Numbered from the stretch's first letter, positions 16,402-25,567 are shown. The stretch is DNA of 48,677 bases from Desulfobulbus sp. (GCA_003978695.1 QNYF01000062.1:1-48677); one strand, 5' to 3'. Notes: generated by a model not told the origin, from the sequence alone. Translations and numbers: made by a program.

Positions 16402-17499
16402 CTATCCCACAAAACTGCCCAGTTTAATTCGTTGGGCATCCATCATCTCCTTTTCACGGGAACCTGAAATCACCACGTTGGAGTCAGGGACAAAATTAAG
16501 AGCCTGATTTCCACGCTCGTAAGGAACGGCGTTCAAAATCACCTTCATTGCGTTAAGCCGTGCCTCATGTTTGTTATTTGAACGAATTATTGTCCAGGGA
16601 GCAATATTTGTATGCGTTTTTTTGAGCATCTCATATTTCTGGTTGGTAAAGTCATCCCATCGGTCCTGGGCCTGGACATCAATTTCTGAGAGTTTCCATT
16701 GCCGGAGTGGGTCTGTTTTACGGCGGTTAAATCTTCTGGCCTGCTCTTCTTTGGTTACAGAGAAATACAGTTTAACAAGGATAGTCCCCTGCCTGACCAG
16801 ATCTTTTTCAAAGCCGACGACGCCACGCATGAAATTCTTGTATTCTTCAGGAGTACAAAAACCAAAAACTGGCTCTACCACAGCCCGATTGTACCAGCTG
16901 CGATCAAAAATCACGACTTCACCGCCACGGGGAAAATGGGCAATATACTTCTGAAAAAACCACTGCGTTTTTTCCTGGTCATTAGGCTTGGCCATGGCCA
17001 CGACCCGGTAATGTTTTTCATTCATGTAGCGGGTAACCCGACGTATTGTGCCACCCTTACCAGCCGCATCACGCCCTTCAAACAAAATAATCATCCGCCG
17101 ATGATTATTCTCCAGACATTTCTGCATCCGGATCAATTCTGCCTGATAGGGTTTTAAGGCCTCTTCCCTGTGGAACCGCTTAACCGCCTTGCGCTGGTAC
17201 TTATTTAAACCTGGCCCTCCCCGTTTCAAATCTTTATACTCTTTGAGTAATTCCTTTAAATCAACACTTTTTTTCTTATACAGGATAACTTCGGGATTAC
17301 TCATTTTGGGGATTTCGTTTTTCTTCTTTATTTCTGGTTTACCATTTTTTTTGTTTCCTTTGGTTTTCCTGCCCTTCTTTACACTCTTTTTTGCTTTTGC
17401 CTTACTCTTTCCCTGCGCTTTTTTCTTTACAGCTTTCTCTTCCTTTTTTTCCTCTTCAGCAGCTTCTTCAGCTCCGTTTTTTCTCTTTTTTACTGCCAT
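16402..17499 (-). CDS. ppk2: polyphosphate kinase 2 (PPK2) with ~65-aa lysine-rich N-terminal tail
   Basis: Walker A FEGRDAAGKGGTIRRV, then DRSWYNRAVVEPVFGF and RQWKLSEIDVQAQDRWDDFT. The N-terminus is MAVKKRKNGAEEAAEEEKKEEKAVKKKAQGKSKAKAKKSVKKGRKTKGNKKNGKPEIKKK. Confidence 0.9.
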   Translation of the reverse strand: MAVKKRKNGAEEAAEEEKKEEKAVKKKAQGKSKAKAKKSVKKGRKTKGNKKNGKPEIKKKNEIPKMSNPEVILYKKKSVDLKELLKEYKDLKRGGPGLNKYQRKAVKRFHREEALKPYQAELIRMQKCLENNHRRMIILFEGRDAAGKGGTIRRVTRYMNEKHYRVVAMAKPNDQEKTQWFFQKYIAHFPRGGEVVIFDRSWYNRAVVEPVFGFCTPEEYKNFMRGVVGFEKDLVRQGTILVKLYFSVTKEEQARRFNRRKTDPLRQWKLSEIDVQAQDRWDDFTNQKYEMLKKTHTNIAPWTIIRSNNKHEARLNAMKVILNAVPYERGNQALNFVPDSNVVISGSREKEMMDAQRIKLGSFVG

Positions 17500-17588
17500 C
17501 TCTCCCTACCTCCTGATAGTCCATTAATAAATAACGGATTGTGAATCATTCCCCATAAATACTGTCAACTCATTGTATAAATAAAAAA

Positions 17589-17771
17589 AACTGTTCAGCA
17601 GCGCCCCATCTCGAAGTCGTGGCTAACCTGCGACGATCAGGCCGCCTCACATAGATGGTGACACCGCTTCGATATTTTAGTTCGTTGACCTGGTTGCCAC
17701 AATATGGGGCACATCTAAGCAGTTACAGACCACACGTTATACCAAAGACGTGGTGCTACCTGAATAGTTAC
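17589..17771. repeat. mosaic palindromic intergenic repeat (two modules)
   Basis: The first module, 17589-17726, runs AACTGTTCAGCAGCGCCCCA ... TGGGGCACATCTAAGCAGTTAC; its left end matches copy 31210-31314. The second module, 17727-17771, ...ACCAAAGACGTGGTGCTACCTGAATAGTTAC, matches the reverse complement of 21378-21410. Confidence 0.65.
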
Positions 17772-17864
17772 AAAATATCATATAAAAACCGTCTCTCGTC
17801 AATGCGGGAAAAATACAGTATTAATACATAGCAAAATACTGTATTTTCAAATACGGAGGAACGA

Positions 17865-19523
17865 CTAATTCCGGGAAGAAAAATTTGTAATAAGGTAGGT
17901 TAACAAACTGATTTTTTTCTTATTGATACCAAGTTTTTTCCGCAGATTATTACGATAGGTTTCAACTGTGCGGACACCGATATGGAGAATATCAGCGATT
18001 TCCTTGCTTGTTTTTCCCTGCCTGACAAGATCAATAATCACACTCTCACGGGGGGAGAGTTTTAACATAATCTCCCTGGCATTTGGTGAGAACTGCCTGC
18101 TAATGGAGTCAATATGGGCAGAAATAATTTGCAGGATCTCTGTCTGCTTTTCTGTTAACGAAGATTGCCGAAGAAGATTCAGATAGGGGTTGACCAGCTC
18201 CTGTAACTTAATTGCTATCTGCTCCTCAACCCCGGTTTGCGTTCTCACATGCTGATCAAGCATGACTCTAAGGGCAATGTTTGCATCTTCTGCCTCTTTC
18301 TTTTTTTGCTCAAGTTCAATAACCGCGAGTTTTTGATCTGTTATATCCCGGGCAATAAGCCCAAGGCCGATTTTCCGGGCATCTGCATTGCGAATACAGA
18401 AAACCGTCATTGCAAGGAAACAGGGCGTACCAGATGCCTGCTGCTCCATAACAAATTCACACCTGCCTTCACTTTCCGCAATGGTCACAGCGTGAAGAAA
18501 CTGGTCAAGATTATCGCTACTGCCATACAGAACAGCGACATTATTTCCTACAATTCCTTCCCGGGCACAAGAACAGGCATAAAGCTCTTCCGCAGCCTGA
18601 TTATGAAGAAGAATGGTCAGGTCGTTATCCATGATGGTGATTGCCATATCACCTAAAGACTGCAGCATACTGTCGAGGATGGCGGCTTCTTCCACCTGCT
18701 GCTTCACCTTTTTCAGCTGGAGCTCTTTCTCCTGAATCAGCCCCTTGAGATGATCCGTGTAACTTGTCCGGAGCCCTTTAACCATATCCGTTTCCGTGAC
18801 AATACCAACACAATGGCCACTGCTATTGGTGACAACCAGACGGCGCAACTGCTTTGTAGAAAAGAGTCGTGCAGCCTCGTGACTTGAGATATCGGCAAAA
18901 ACCGTCTCAACAGGGCTGCTCATGACATTTTCCAGCAGGAGTGTCTCCAGATGTTCACCTGCACGGATAAGGCGCAGCATGTCACGCTCTGTAATGATAC
19001 CGACGGGGAAACCGTTCTCCTCCATGACAAGAGAGCTGATACGGCGTTCATTCATGAGTTTCATGGCCTGAAATACAGATATTGAAGGCTTCAGCGTAAT
19101 GATGTCCCGGCTCATCACCTGGCCAACGCTTTTAAACTCCATGAAATACTCAAGCCCCAGATGGACAAGAAAATCCGTACCCGTGATAATCCCCACAAGG
19201 AGTTCGGCTGAATCAATAACAACCAGATGCCGGTACCGGTGTTGCAGGAGGAGTTGATAGGCCTCACGATAGTCCATATCCACAGAGGCGGTCAGAGGCG
19301 GCCTGCTCATAACCCTATCAATGGGCCAGGAAGCGTCGATACTCCCTCCGGCCCGAATTTCAATTAATGCCCGTTCGGTAAAAATCCCCAGAGGTTTTCT
19401 GTTTTCTGCAACTATAAGAGCGCTGAGCTTCTGTTGCTCCATCAGGCCAAGAGCATGGCCCACAGACCTCTCAGGTGTAATGGTAACGACAGGTGTCGTC
19501 ATGATGTCCCGCAGGGTATTCAT
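17865..19523 (-). CDS. CBS-pair x2 / PAS / LuxR-type HTH transcriptional regulator
   Basis: It has two CBS pairs (MTTPVVTITPE...; VMSRDIITLKPS...; VMSSPVETV...), a coiled-coil linker, a PAS-like segment (ITIMDNDLTILLHNQAAEELY) and a C-terminal LuxR HTH (LSPRESVIIDLVRQGKTSKEIADILHIGVRTVETYRNNLRKKLG). Confidence 0.85.
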   Translation of the reverse strand: MNTLRDIMTTPVVTITPERSVGHALGLMEQQKLSALIVAENRKPLGIFTERALIEIRAGGSIDASWPIDRVMSRPPLTASVDMDYREAYQLLLQHRYRHLVVIDSAELLVGIITGTDFLVHLGLEYFMEFKSVGQVMSRDIITLKPSISVFQAMKLMNERRISSLVMEENGFPVGIITERDMLRLIRAGEHLETLLLENVMSSPVETVFADISSHEAARLFSTKQLRRLVVTNSSGHCVGIVTETDMVKGLRTSYTDHLKGLIQEKELQLKKVKQQVEEAAILDSMLQSLGDMAITIMDNDLTILLHNQAAEELYACSCAREGIVGNNVAVLYGSSDNLDQFLHAVTIAESEGRCEFVMEQQASGTPCFLAMTVFCIRNADARKIGLGLIARDITDQKLAVIELEQKKKEAEDANIALRVMLDQHVRTQTGVEEQIAIKLQELVNPYLNLLRQSSLTEKQTEILQIISAHIDSISRQFSPNAREIMLKLSPRESVIIDLVRQGKTSKEIADILHIGVRTVETYRNNLRKKLGINKKKISLLTYLITNFSSRN

Positions 19524-19595
19524 ATAATATCAGAGGGAGAAAAAGGGGGCTGGACCAACACTCTCAGCTTGCGTGCAAAATAGCCTTGTCCTGTA

Positions 19596-20246
19596 TCAGC
19601 AGACATCGGGTTGACGATATTCTTTAAACCGGTCAAGAACTTCATTCATCTGTTCCCTGCTCAGTAGGGAAGGTTTGCCAAGGTGCAGAATCCGGCAGTA
19701 AACCTTTGCCAGGTTTTCAACCTCAATGGCCAGTTCAAGCACTTTTTCAAGATTATCCGCAAAACAGATCATGCCATGGTGAGACATCAGGCAGGCAGAG
19801 CGTCCCTTGAGGGCCTGGTTCACATTGCAGGCAAGTTGTTCTGTACCAAAAAGCGCGTACTCGGCACAGCGGATGGAATCACCACCGGCAACTGCTATCA
19901 TATAATGAAATGCGGGGATCTCCCGATCAAGACAGGCCAGAGTTGTACACCAGGGAGGATGAGCGTGAAGAATGGCAGAGGCGTCGGGAAAAGAACGATA
20001 AATATCCCGATGAAGCTGCCATTCTGAAGATGGTTTACGGCCCCCCTCGACGTTGCCATTCATCCGCAGCATAACTATATCATCCGGCTGGCATATATCG
20101 TAAGCCAGCCCTGATGGTGTAATCAACAGAGCTTTATCGCAACGGACACTGACGTTGCCAGATGTTCCCTGATTAAGACCTGTACGATTCATTGCCCGGG
20201 CTGTTTTAAGCACATCTGCCCGCAGGCGGTTCATCGATGCTGCCAT
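19596..20246 (-). CDS. class II aldolase/adducin-family protein (MtnB-type dehydratase or Ald2-type methylthioribulose-1-P aldolase)
   Basis: GTSGNVSVR, LITPSG, SSEWQLHRDIY and ILHAHPPW motifs of the class II aldolase fold. The ATG at 20246 overlaps the mtnA stop (TAATG). The longer ORF from 20297 was rejected. Confidence 0.8.
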   Translation of the reverse strand: MAASMNRLRADVLKTARAMNRTGLNQGTSGNVSVRCDKALLITPSGLAYDICQPDDIVMLRMNGNVEGGRKPSSEWQLHRDIYRSFPDASAILHAHPPWCTTLACLDREIPAFHYMIAVAGGDSIRCAEYALFGTEQLACNVNQALKGRSACLMSHHGMICFADNLEKVLELAIEVENLAKVYCRILHLGKPSLLSREQMNEVLDRFKEYRQPDVC

Positions 20247-21328
20247 TATCGTTTCCCGGGATACAGAGAGAGCAAACCTTCGCGGCTCGCCGTACATACA
20301 CCTCGTTCGGTAATAAGACCGGTAACTAGACGGGCCGGGGTAACATCAAAGGCCGGATTTGCCGCCGGAGTATTTTTCGGTGCTATTTTTACCCGCGTAA
20401 TATCCCGGCCATTTGTTGTGCCATAGACCTGTAGAACCTCATCCTGATCTCTTTTTTCAATAGGGATGTCTGCTCCTGAGTCCAGAGTCCAGTCGATGGT
20501 CGATCCCGGCAGAGCCACGTAAAAGGGAATGTTGTTATCAAATGCCGCAAGAGCCTTTAAATAGGTCCCTATTTTATTACATACATCTCCATTTGCAGCA
20601 GTTCTGTCAGTGCCGACTATGCAAAGATCCACGCTGCCCTGCTGCATAAGATGTCCCCCGGCATTATCAACAACAAGATGGTGAGAAATACCGGCAGCAT
20701 CGAGTTCCCAGGCAGTTAAATGAGCGCCCTGATTCCGGGGCCGGGTCTCGTCTACCCAGACATGGACATCTATTCCCGCTTCCTGTGCCTTAAAAATCGG
20801 AGAGAGAGCGGTGCCCCAGTCAACAGTTGCAAGCCAGCCCGCATTACAGTGGGTCAGAATATTTACCGGCCGGTCTGCATGCTGATGCTGCTTAATCAAC
20901 TCAACCCCATGGCCGCCCAGAGAACTGTTTATTTCAACATCTTCATTACAGATATCTTCAGCTTCACGATACGCAACAACAACACGCCCGGCTGGAGATA
21001 CGTTGTGTAATACTCCCCGCATCCGTTCCACGGCCCAACGCAGGTTAACTGCCGTAGGCCTGGCCTGAAGCAGACGGCTGCACGCCTTTTCAAGACCGGC
21101 ATCCGAGCTATCTTCCAGCAGGGCAAGACATATCCCGCAGGCGGTTGTTGCACCAATGAGAGGGGCGCCACGTACAAGCATATCACTGATCGCTGTTATC
21201 GCATCCTCAAGCGTTGCAAGGCGTTTGATCACAAACTGATGGGGTAATTTTGTCTGGTCGATTATGGCAAAACAGGGTCCGTTCTCTTCCAGCCAGATTG
21301 ATCTGTAGGGCTTACCATTCACCAGCAT
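20246..21328 (-). CDS. mtnA: S-methyl-5-thioribose-1-phosphate isomerase
   Basis: IDQTKLPHQFVIKRL, MLVRGAPLIGATTACG, THCNAGWLATVDWGTALS and VGTDRTAANGDVCNKIGTY, typical of the MtnA/eIF-2B family. Confidence 0.9.
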   Translation of the reverse strand: MLVNGKPYRSIWLEENGPCFAIIDQTKLPHQFVIKRLATLEDAITAISDMLVRGAPLIGATTACGICLALLEDSSDAGLEKACSRLLQARPTAVNLRWAVERMRGVLHNVSPAGRVVVAYREAEDICNEDVEINSSLGGHGVELIKQHQHADRPVNILTHCNAGWLATVDWGTALSPIFKAQEAGIDVHVWVDETRPRNQGAHLTAWELDAAGISHHLVVDNAGGHLMQQGSVDLCIVGTDRTAANGDVCNKIGTYLKALAAFDNNIPFYVALPGSTIDWTLDSGADIPIEKRDQDEVLQVYGTTNGRDITRVKIAPKNTPAANPAFDVTPARLVTGLITERGVCTASREGLLSLYPGKR

Positions 21329-21377
21329 ATGTATGTCCTGGAGGAATTTATAAGATGATTAAATCCGTGGAATTGTA

Positions 21378-21568
21378 GTAACTCTTCAGGTAGCACCACG
21401 ACTTTGGCATAAATTGAACTCTTCAGGTGGGTGCGAAAAACTTTCAGAACCACCGTCCTGTACCTATGGAGTGCCTTTGATTCGGAGTCTACGCTTCCTG
21501 CGTGCTTGTGCTACTTGAGCAGGTGTAAATGGACGAAGAGATAAGCGTAGACTCCGTGAGGTCTGTAA
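21378..21568. repeat. mosaic palindromic intergenic repeat, composite copy (three modules)
   Basis: GTAACTCTTCAGGTAGCACCACGACTTTGGCAT, then GAACTCTTCAGGTGGGTGCGAAAAACTTTCAGAACCACCGTCCTGTACC, then a hairpin with 14-bp arms CGGAGTCTACGCTT (21482-95) / AAGCGTAGACTCCG (21543-56). It abuts the stop of the downstream gene. Confidence 0.75.
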
Positions 21569-21976
21569 CTATTGATCAGTGGGATGTGGGACCAGTTCCG
21601 GAGTCCAGAACAGGACTCCGCCTTTGACCGCCTCATTTAAAAACACTTCACCATCCCACTCTCTGACCTGATCGTAATAACCGGCATGCATGACTTTCAA
21701 GGTTATTTTTGCTCCCGGCACATCGTCTTCAACAAACTGACGTACAATCCGGATGGGGGTATGACCGAGATAAATCCACTCAGAAGATCGAGGCCGATTC
21801 GGGCCGCTGACCTTTAACGCGACATGGGACCCCTCAGGTTCAGAATTAATTTTAAACTGCACAGTTTGAATATCTGAGCTGCACCCGTTGATACCAACAA
21901 GCAAACCAATGGCGGCAGCCAGCAGAATTGTATATTTCAAGCCACCCGTTACCTTTGTATATACTCTCATCATCAC
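21569..21976 (-). CDS. PEGA-domain-like lipoprotein
   Basis: Lipobox LLVGINGCSS, then SEPEGSHVAL...LGHTPIRI...KVMHAGYY, which resembles a PEGA domain. Confidence 0.65.
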   Translation of the reverse strand: MMMRVYTKVTGGLKYTILLAAAIGLLVGINGCSSDIQTVQFKINSEPEGSHVALKVSGPNRPRSSEWIYLGHTPIRIVRQFVEDDVPGAKITLKVMHAGYYDQVREWDGEVFLNEAVKGGVLFWTPELVPHPTDQ

Positions 21977-22326
21977 TTCCTCTTCTGCAGTTCAACTGTT
22001 ACTGGTTGAGGCTCGGCAGCAGCAGCCTCCCGAGTCTCATGACGCGTATTCACCCAAAAAGAGGTTATGTCGTTTTTATATCCTTTCTTGGTTAACTCTA
22101 CGGTCACATATTCCGGTTTTCCATCTTTTCCTTCCCAGGTAACCTGCACCGGAGTCATCCCGAGATTAGTATCGTCTTTTAAGTTAACGACCTGTGCTCC
22201 GGGTGGAATAGTGATAAACTTTACGTCACCATATGTTTTACTGCTGCCACAGGCCGTAAGCTGCAACATTGCCGCAACTGCCAGCAAATACACCATCCAT
22301 ATCTTTCTCTTACTGCCAGTCAACAT
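21973..22326 (-). CDS. PEGA-domain-like lipoprotein
   Basis: Likely start at the Met at 22326 (MLTGSKRKIWMVYLLAVAAMLQLTACGSS, a lipobox). This is followed by ITIPPGAQVVNL...LGMTPVQV...LTKKGYKN. The stop overlaps the next gene's start (GTGA). Confidence 0.65.
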   Translation of the reverse strand: MLTGSKRKIWMVYLLAVAAMLQLTACGSSKTYGDVKFITIPPGAQVVNLKDDTNLGMTPVQVTWEGKDGKPEYVTVELTKKGYKNDITSFWVNTRHETREAAAAEPQPVTVELQKRK

Positions 22327-22404
22327 ACTCTCCTCACTCACTTGAAGTTTTCCTTGTAAGGACTTCGCTACAGACCAGATTAACACGGCCAATGCGAGGT
22401 ATCC

Positions 22405-23367
22405 TTATTTATTATACTCACTTAACAACGTCTGAAGCTTCCAGGGCGATGACAGACATTCTTTTCCCAGACCACATTCCGTAATTATCTCACAAAAACT
22501 CAAAAATTCATCCATAAGACGGGTAGTTACCTTATCCTTATGCTGAATAATACGGAGCTGCCTCTGCATATCAATGCCGGCAATTTTCAAACTCTTCAAC
22601 CACCCCTGTTCGACTTCCCTACAAATTGTCAACTGAGACAGACAAGCTGCGCTGACACCGGATTCAACCGATTTTTTAATTGCTTCCGTATGCCCCATCC
22701 GGGTAACAACTTTTAACTGAGAAACATGTTTTCCCATCTTTTTCCGGAAAATCTCAGCCGTACCCGAACCTTCCTCACGCATGACCCAGGTTGTTTCATG
22801 TAAATCCTTTGGCACTTCAAAACTCTCTTTTTTCGCCATGGGATGGCTTACACTCACAATCACCACCAGCTCATCCTTAAACCAAGGCACCGAGCGGACA
22901 TGTTCATCATTGACACCGCCTTCAACAAACCCAAGATCCATAACCCCCTGGGAGACAAGATGCTCGGCCTGCTGGGTGTTGGCAACGAGCATGTTGATGT
23001 GTGCCTCTGGATGAAGCCGCATAAAAGCACCCGTGAGGTATGGCAAAACATAGTTACCAATTGTGGAACTTGCAATAATTTCCAGGGAACCCGCCACCGA
23101 ATTCCGTTTTTCCGTGAGCATGGACTCCACATTCCAGACCTGGAAAGTAATATCCTTGGCCATGGGAAGCAGATAGCGACCACGATCGTTGAGCAGCAGA
23201 CTGCGGCCATGCCTGTCAAACAACGGACCTCCTAACTGATTTTCCAGTTCTCCCAATGCCATACTGACAGCAGACTGGGTTAAAAACAGCTTTTTACTGG
23301 CCCGGGTTACCTGCTGCGTTTCAGCAACGGCAATAAAAATTTCAAGTTGTCTGAGCGTGACTGACAT
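22405..23367 (-). CDS. LysR-family transcriptional regulator
   Basis: HTH MSVTLRQLEIFIAVAETQQVTRASKKLFLTQSAVSMALGELENQLGGPLFDR plus a substrate-binding domain. Confidence 0.9.
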   Translation of the reverse strand: MSVTLRQLEIFIAVAETQQVTRASKKLFLTQSAVSMALGELENQLGGPLFDRHGRSLLLNDRGRYLLPMAKDITFQVWNVESMLTEKRNSVAGSLEIIASSTIGNYVLPYLTGAFMRLHPEAHINMLVANTQQAEHLVSQGVMDLGFVEGGVNDEHVRSVPWFKDELVVIVSVSHPMAKKESFEVPKDLHETTWVMREEGSGTAEIFRKKMGKHVSQLKVVTRMGHTEAIKKSVESGVSAACLSQLTICREVEQGWLKSLKIAGIDMQRQLRIIQHKDKVTTRLMDEFLSFCEIITECGLGKECLSSPWKLQTLLSEYNK

Positions 23368-23637
23368 AGATTATCCTGTCTTCTGTCTTCATTAAGAAAA
23401 TTAAAAAATTCTACACTGTAGCCTTGTTACCATTTTAACTATAGACAAAATTTATGAATTTGAGAAATATTTTTTATGGATTCTGGCAAATAATTAATCC
23501 ATGAGCATAACATGCCCACTGATATCGACACAAAAATTTGCTCAGGCAAAAAAACACCTGAAAATATTATTACAGGTAGTACCACAAAAATTGTTTAACA
23601 GCACTCTCTTTCCACTATTTATGGTGGGATTCAGCCC

Positions 23638-24954
23638 CTAAATATCACATTTGTCAAACCAGTGGCGAAGAAGTATCAGCGCCTGCTCTGCTCTGGCCTT
23701 CCCCCTTTCCCTTTTCTTCATCTTCTTCTGTAAAGGTGGAAACAAGCCAAAATTCACATTAGAAGGTTGAAAACGAGCAGGATCTGATTCGGTTAAATGA
23801 TGAATCAAGGCCCCGAGTGCGGTAGCAGGGGGAGGAGGAGATATTGATCTGTCGACTGCCAGGGCACTTGCATTGATCCCGGCCAGCAAGCCCATGGCTG
23901 CAGACTCTACATACCCTTCTACTCCTGACAACTGCCCGGCCAAAAAGAGCCCGGGACTCTTTTTCATCTGCAAATCAGCACGCAAAAGTTCCGGGGCACA
24001 GATAAAGGTATTACGATGAATAGACCCCAGACGCACAAACTCAGCCTGTTCAAGCCCCGGGATGGCTCTGAAAACCCGTTTCTGTTCTTTATAGGTAAGC
24101 TTTGTCTGAAAACCTACCAGATTATACATTGTCCCTTCACGATTCTCCGCCCTGAGCTGGACAACGGCATGAAAGATTTTCCCTGTTTCGGGATGGGCAA
24201 GCCCCACCGGTTTCATAGGACCAAAACGCAGAGTGTCTTTGCCTCTTTCACACATCACCTCAACAGGCAGACAGCCCTCAAAATACTTTGCACTTTCAAA
24301 TGATTTAAGCGGTACCGTATCTCCACTGCCCAGTAAATCAATAAATCTGGTATACTGCTCTTCTGTCATGGGACAATTCAGATAATCACCGGGATTATCA
24401 TCATCCCATCGTGATTTTCTATAGATAATGTTCAGGTCCAGAGAGTCCGCAGCAACAATGGGAGCAATCGCATCATAAAATGCCAGATGCTTTTCGCCGG
24501 TCAGGGTGACCAGACTCTCTGTCATGGCCTCAGAGGTAAGCGGGCCTGTTGCCAGAATAACAGGCACATCAGCCGGAGAGAGTTCTGTTATTTCCTGTCG
24601 TATGACTGTTATGTTCCGGTGTTCCAGAATTGCCTTTGTCACTGTATCAGCAAACTTTTTTCGATCAACAGCCAGTGCGCCCCCGGCAGGAACAGAAGTG
24701 TTATCGGCAGCCCGGATGATAAGAGAATTGCACCTCCGCATCTCTTCTTTTAAGAGTCCCACTGCCGAATCCACAGCATTTGAACGTAACGAGTTGGAGC
24801 AGACCAGTTCTGCAAGCTTTACAGATTCATGGGCAGGGCTGAAACGGGCAGGCTTCATCTCGTAGAGTTCTACCGCAAGACCTCGTTCAGCCGCCTGCCA
24901 TGCAGCCTCACAGCCAGCCAGCCCGCCTCCGATAATACGTATGTTATTCATCAA
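23638..24954 (-). CDS. trmFO: methylenetetrahydrofolate--tRNA-(uracil-5-)-methyltransferase
   Basis: IIGGGLAGCEAAWQAAERG (FAD), ELVCSNSLRS and GQLSGVEGYVESAA, typical of TrmFO/Gid. The start is TTG at 24954 or ATG at 24951, overlapping the upstream stop. Confidence 0.9.
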   Translation of the reverse strand: MMNNIRIIGGGLAGCEAAWQAAERGLAVELYEMKPARFSPAHESVKLAELVCSNSLRSNAVDSAVGLLKEEMRRCNSLIIRAADNTSVPAGGALAVDRKKFADTVTKAILEHRNITVIRQEITELSPADVPVILATGPLTSEAMTESLVTLTGEKHLAFYDAIAPIVAADSLDLNIIYRKSRWDDDNPGDYLNCPMTEEQYTRFIDLLGSGDTVPLKSFESAKYFEGCLPVEVMCERGKDTLRFGPMKPVGLAHPETGKIFHAVVQLRAENREGTMYNLVGFQTKLTYKEQKRVFRAIPGLEQAEFVRLGSIHRNTFICAPELLRADLQMKKSPGLFLAGQLSGVEGYVESAAMGLLAGINASALAVDRSISPPPPATALGALIHHLTESDPARFQPSNVNFGLFPPLQKKMKKRERGKARAEQALILLRHWFDKCDI

Positions 24955-25567
24955 TTATCACCTGTACACGACGTCGTCCCCATAACATGGCATCATGATG
25001 GGATTCAAAAAAAAGATCAATTCGGTCAGGCCCTTTAATAGCCCCGCCCCGATCTGCCACCACTCCCCAACCCCAGCCGGGAACAAACATCCGGGTACCA
25101 AAAGGGTAATACGCGGTATCTGCTGCTATTGTCCCATCATGGCTGAACCAGAGCCAGGGAAAAACCGTGCGTAAAGGAATCATCCAGGGCCTTGATAAAC
25201 TATCAAAAGAGACAAGGCCGGGCTGAGGTTCAACAGGATCGGTGTTTGCCGCAGTTTTCCCGGTATAGTCCCGTCCTGCCGCCCGTCCTGCACTCACATA
25301 CCGATTCCAGAAATCGAGTTTTAAGTAACTCCAGCTTCCCCGTTCCCAGGAGCAGCATATACTGCAGCCACAATACGCAGTTGCCTCTATCATCCTCGTT
25401 TTCTGCGTGGCACAGCCAGACAAAAAAACCAACGAAAAAAGGGCACAGAGAACAATCCCTGCGCCCCTGAACGATGCAAACGCATAACTGCCACCGGGGC
25501 AGTTATGCGTTACCTGGTTGTTAATACCGATAATACTCAGGCTTATACGGTCCATCAACGGCAACAC
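24944..25567 (-). CDS. 3D-domain (MltA-like) lipoprotein
   Basis: Lipobox [19 protein letters not shown], and the C-terminal 3D-domain pattern [42 protein letters not shown]. The start is at 25567 or 25555, overlapping the ahcY 3' end. Confidence 0.8.
   Translation of the reverse strand: MLPLMDRISLSIIGINNQVTHNCPGGSYAFASFRGAGIVLCALFSLVFLSGCATQKTRMIEATAYCGCSICCSWERGSWSYLKLDFWNRYVSAGRAAGRDYTGKTAANTDPVEPQPGLVSFDSLSRPWMIPLRTVFPWLWFSHDGTIAADTAYYPFGTRMFVPGWGWGVVADRGGAIKGPDRIDLFFESHHDAMLWGRRRVQVIIDE

Noticed and set aside
17189-17527. 112-aa F/L/S-rich ORF on the plus strand
   Set aside because: It is the antisense image of the lysine-rich tail of PPK2, a low-complexity pyrimidine tract, and not an independent gene.
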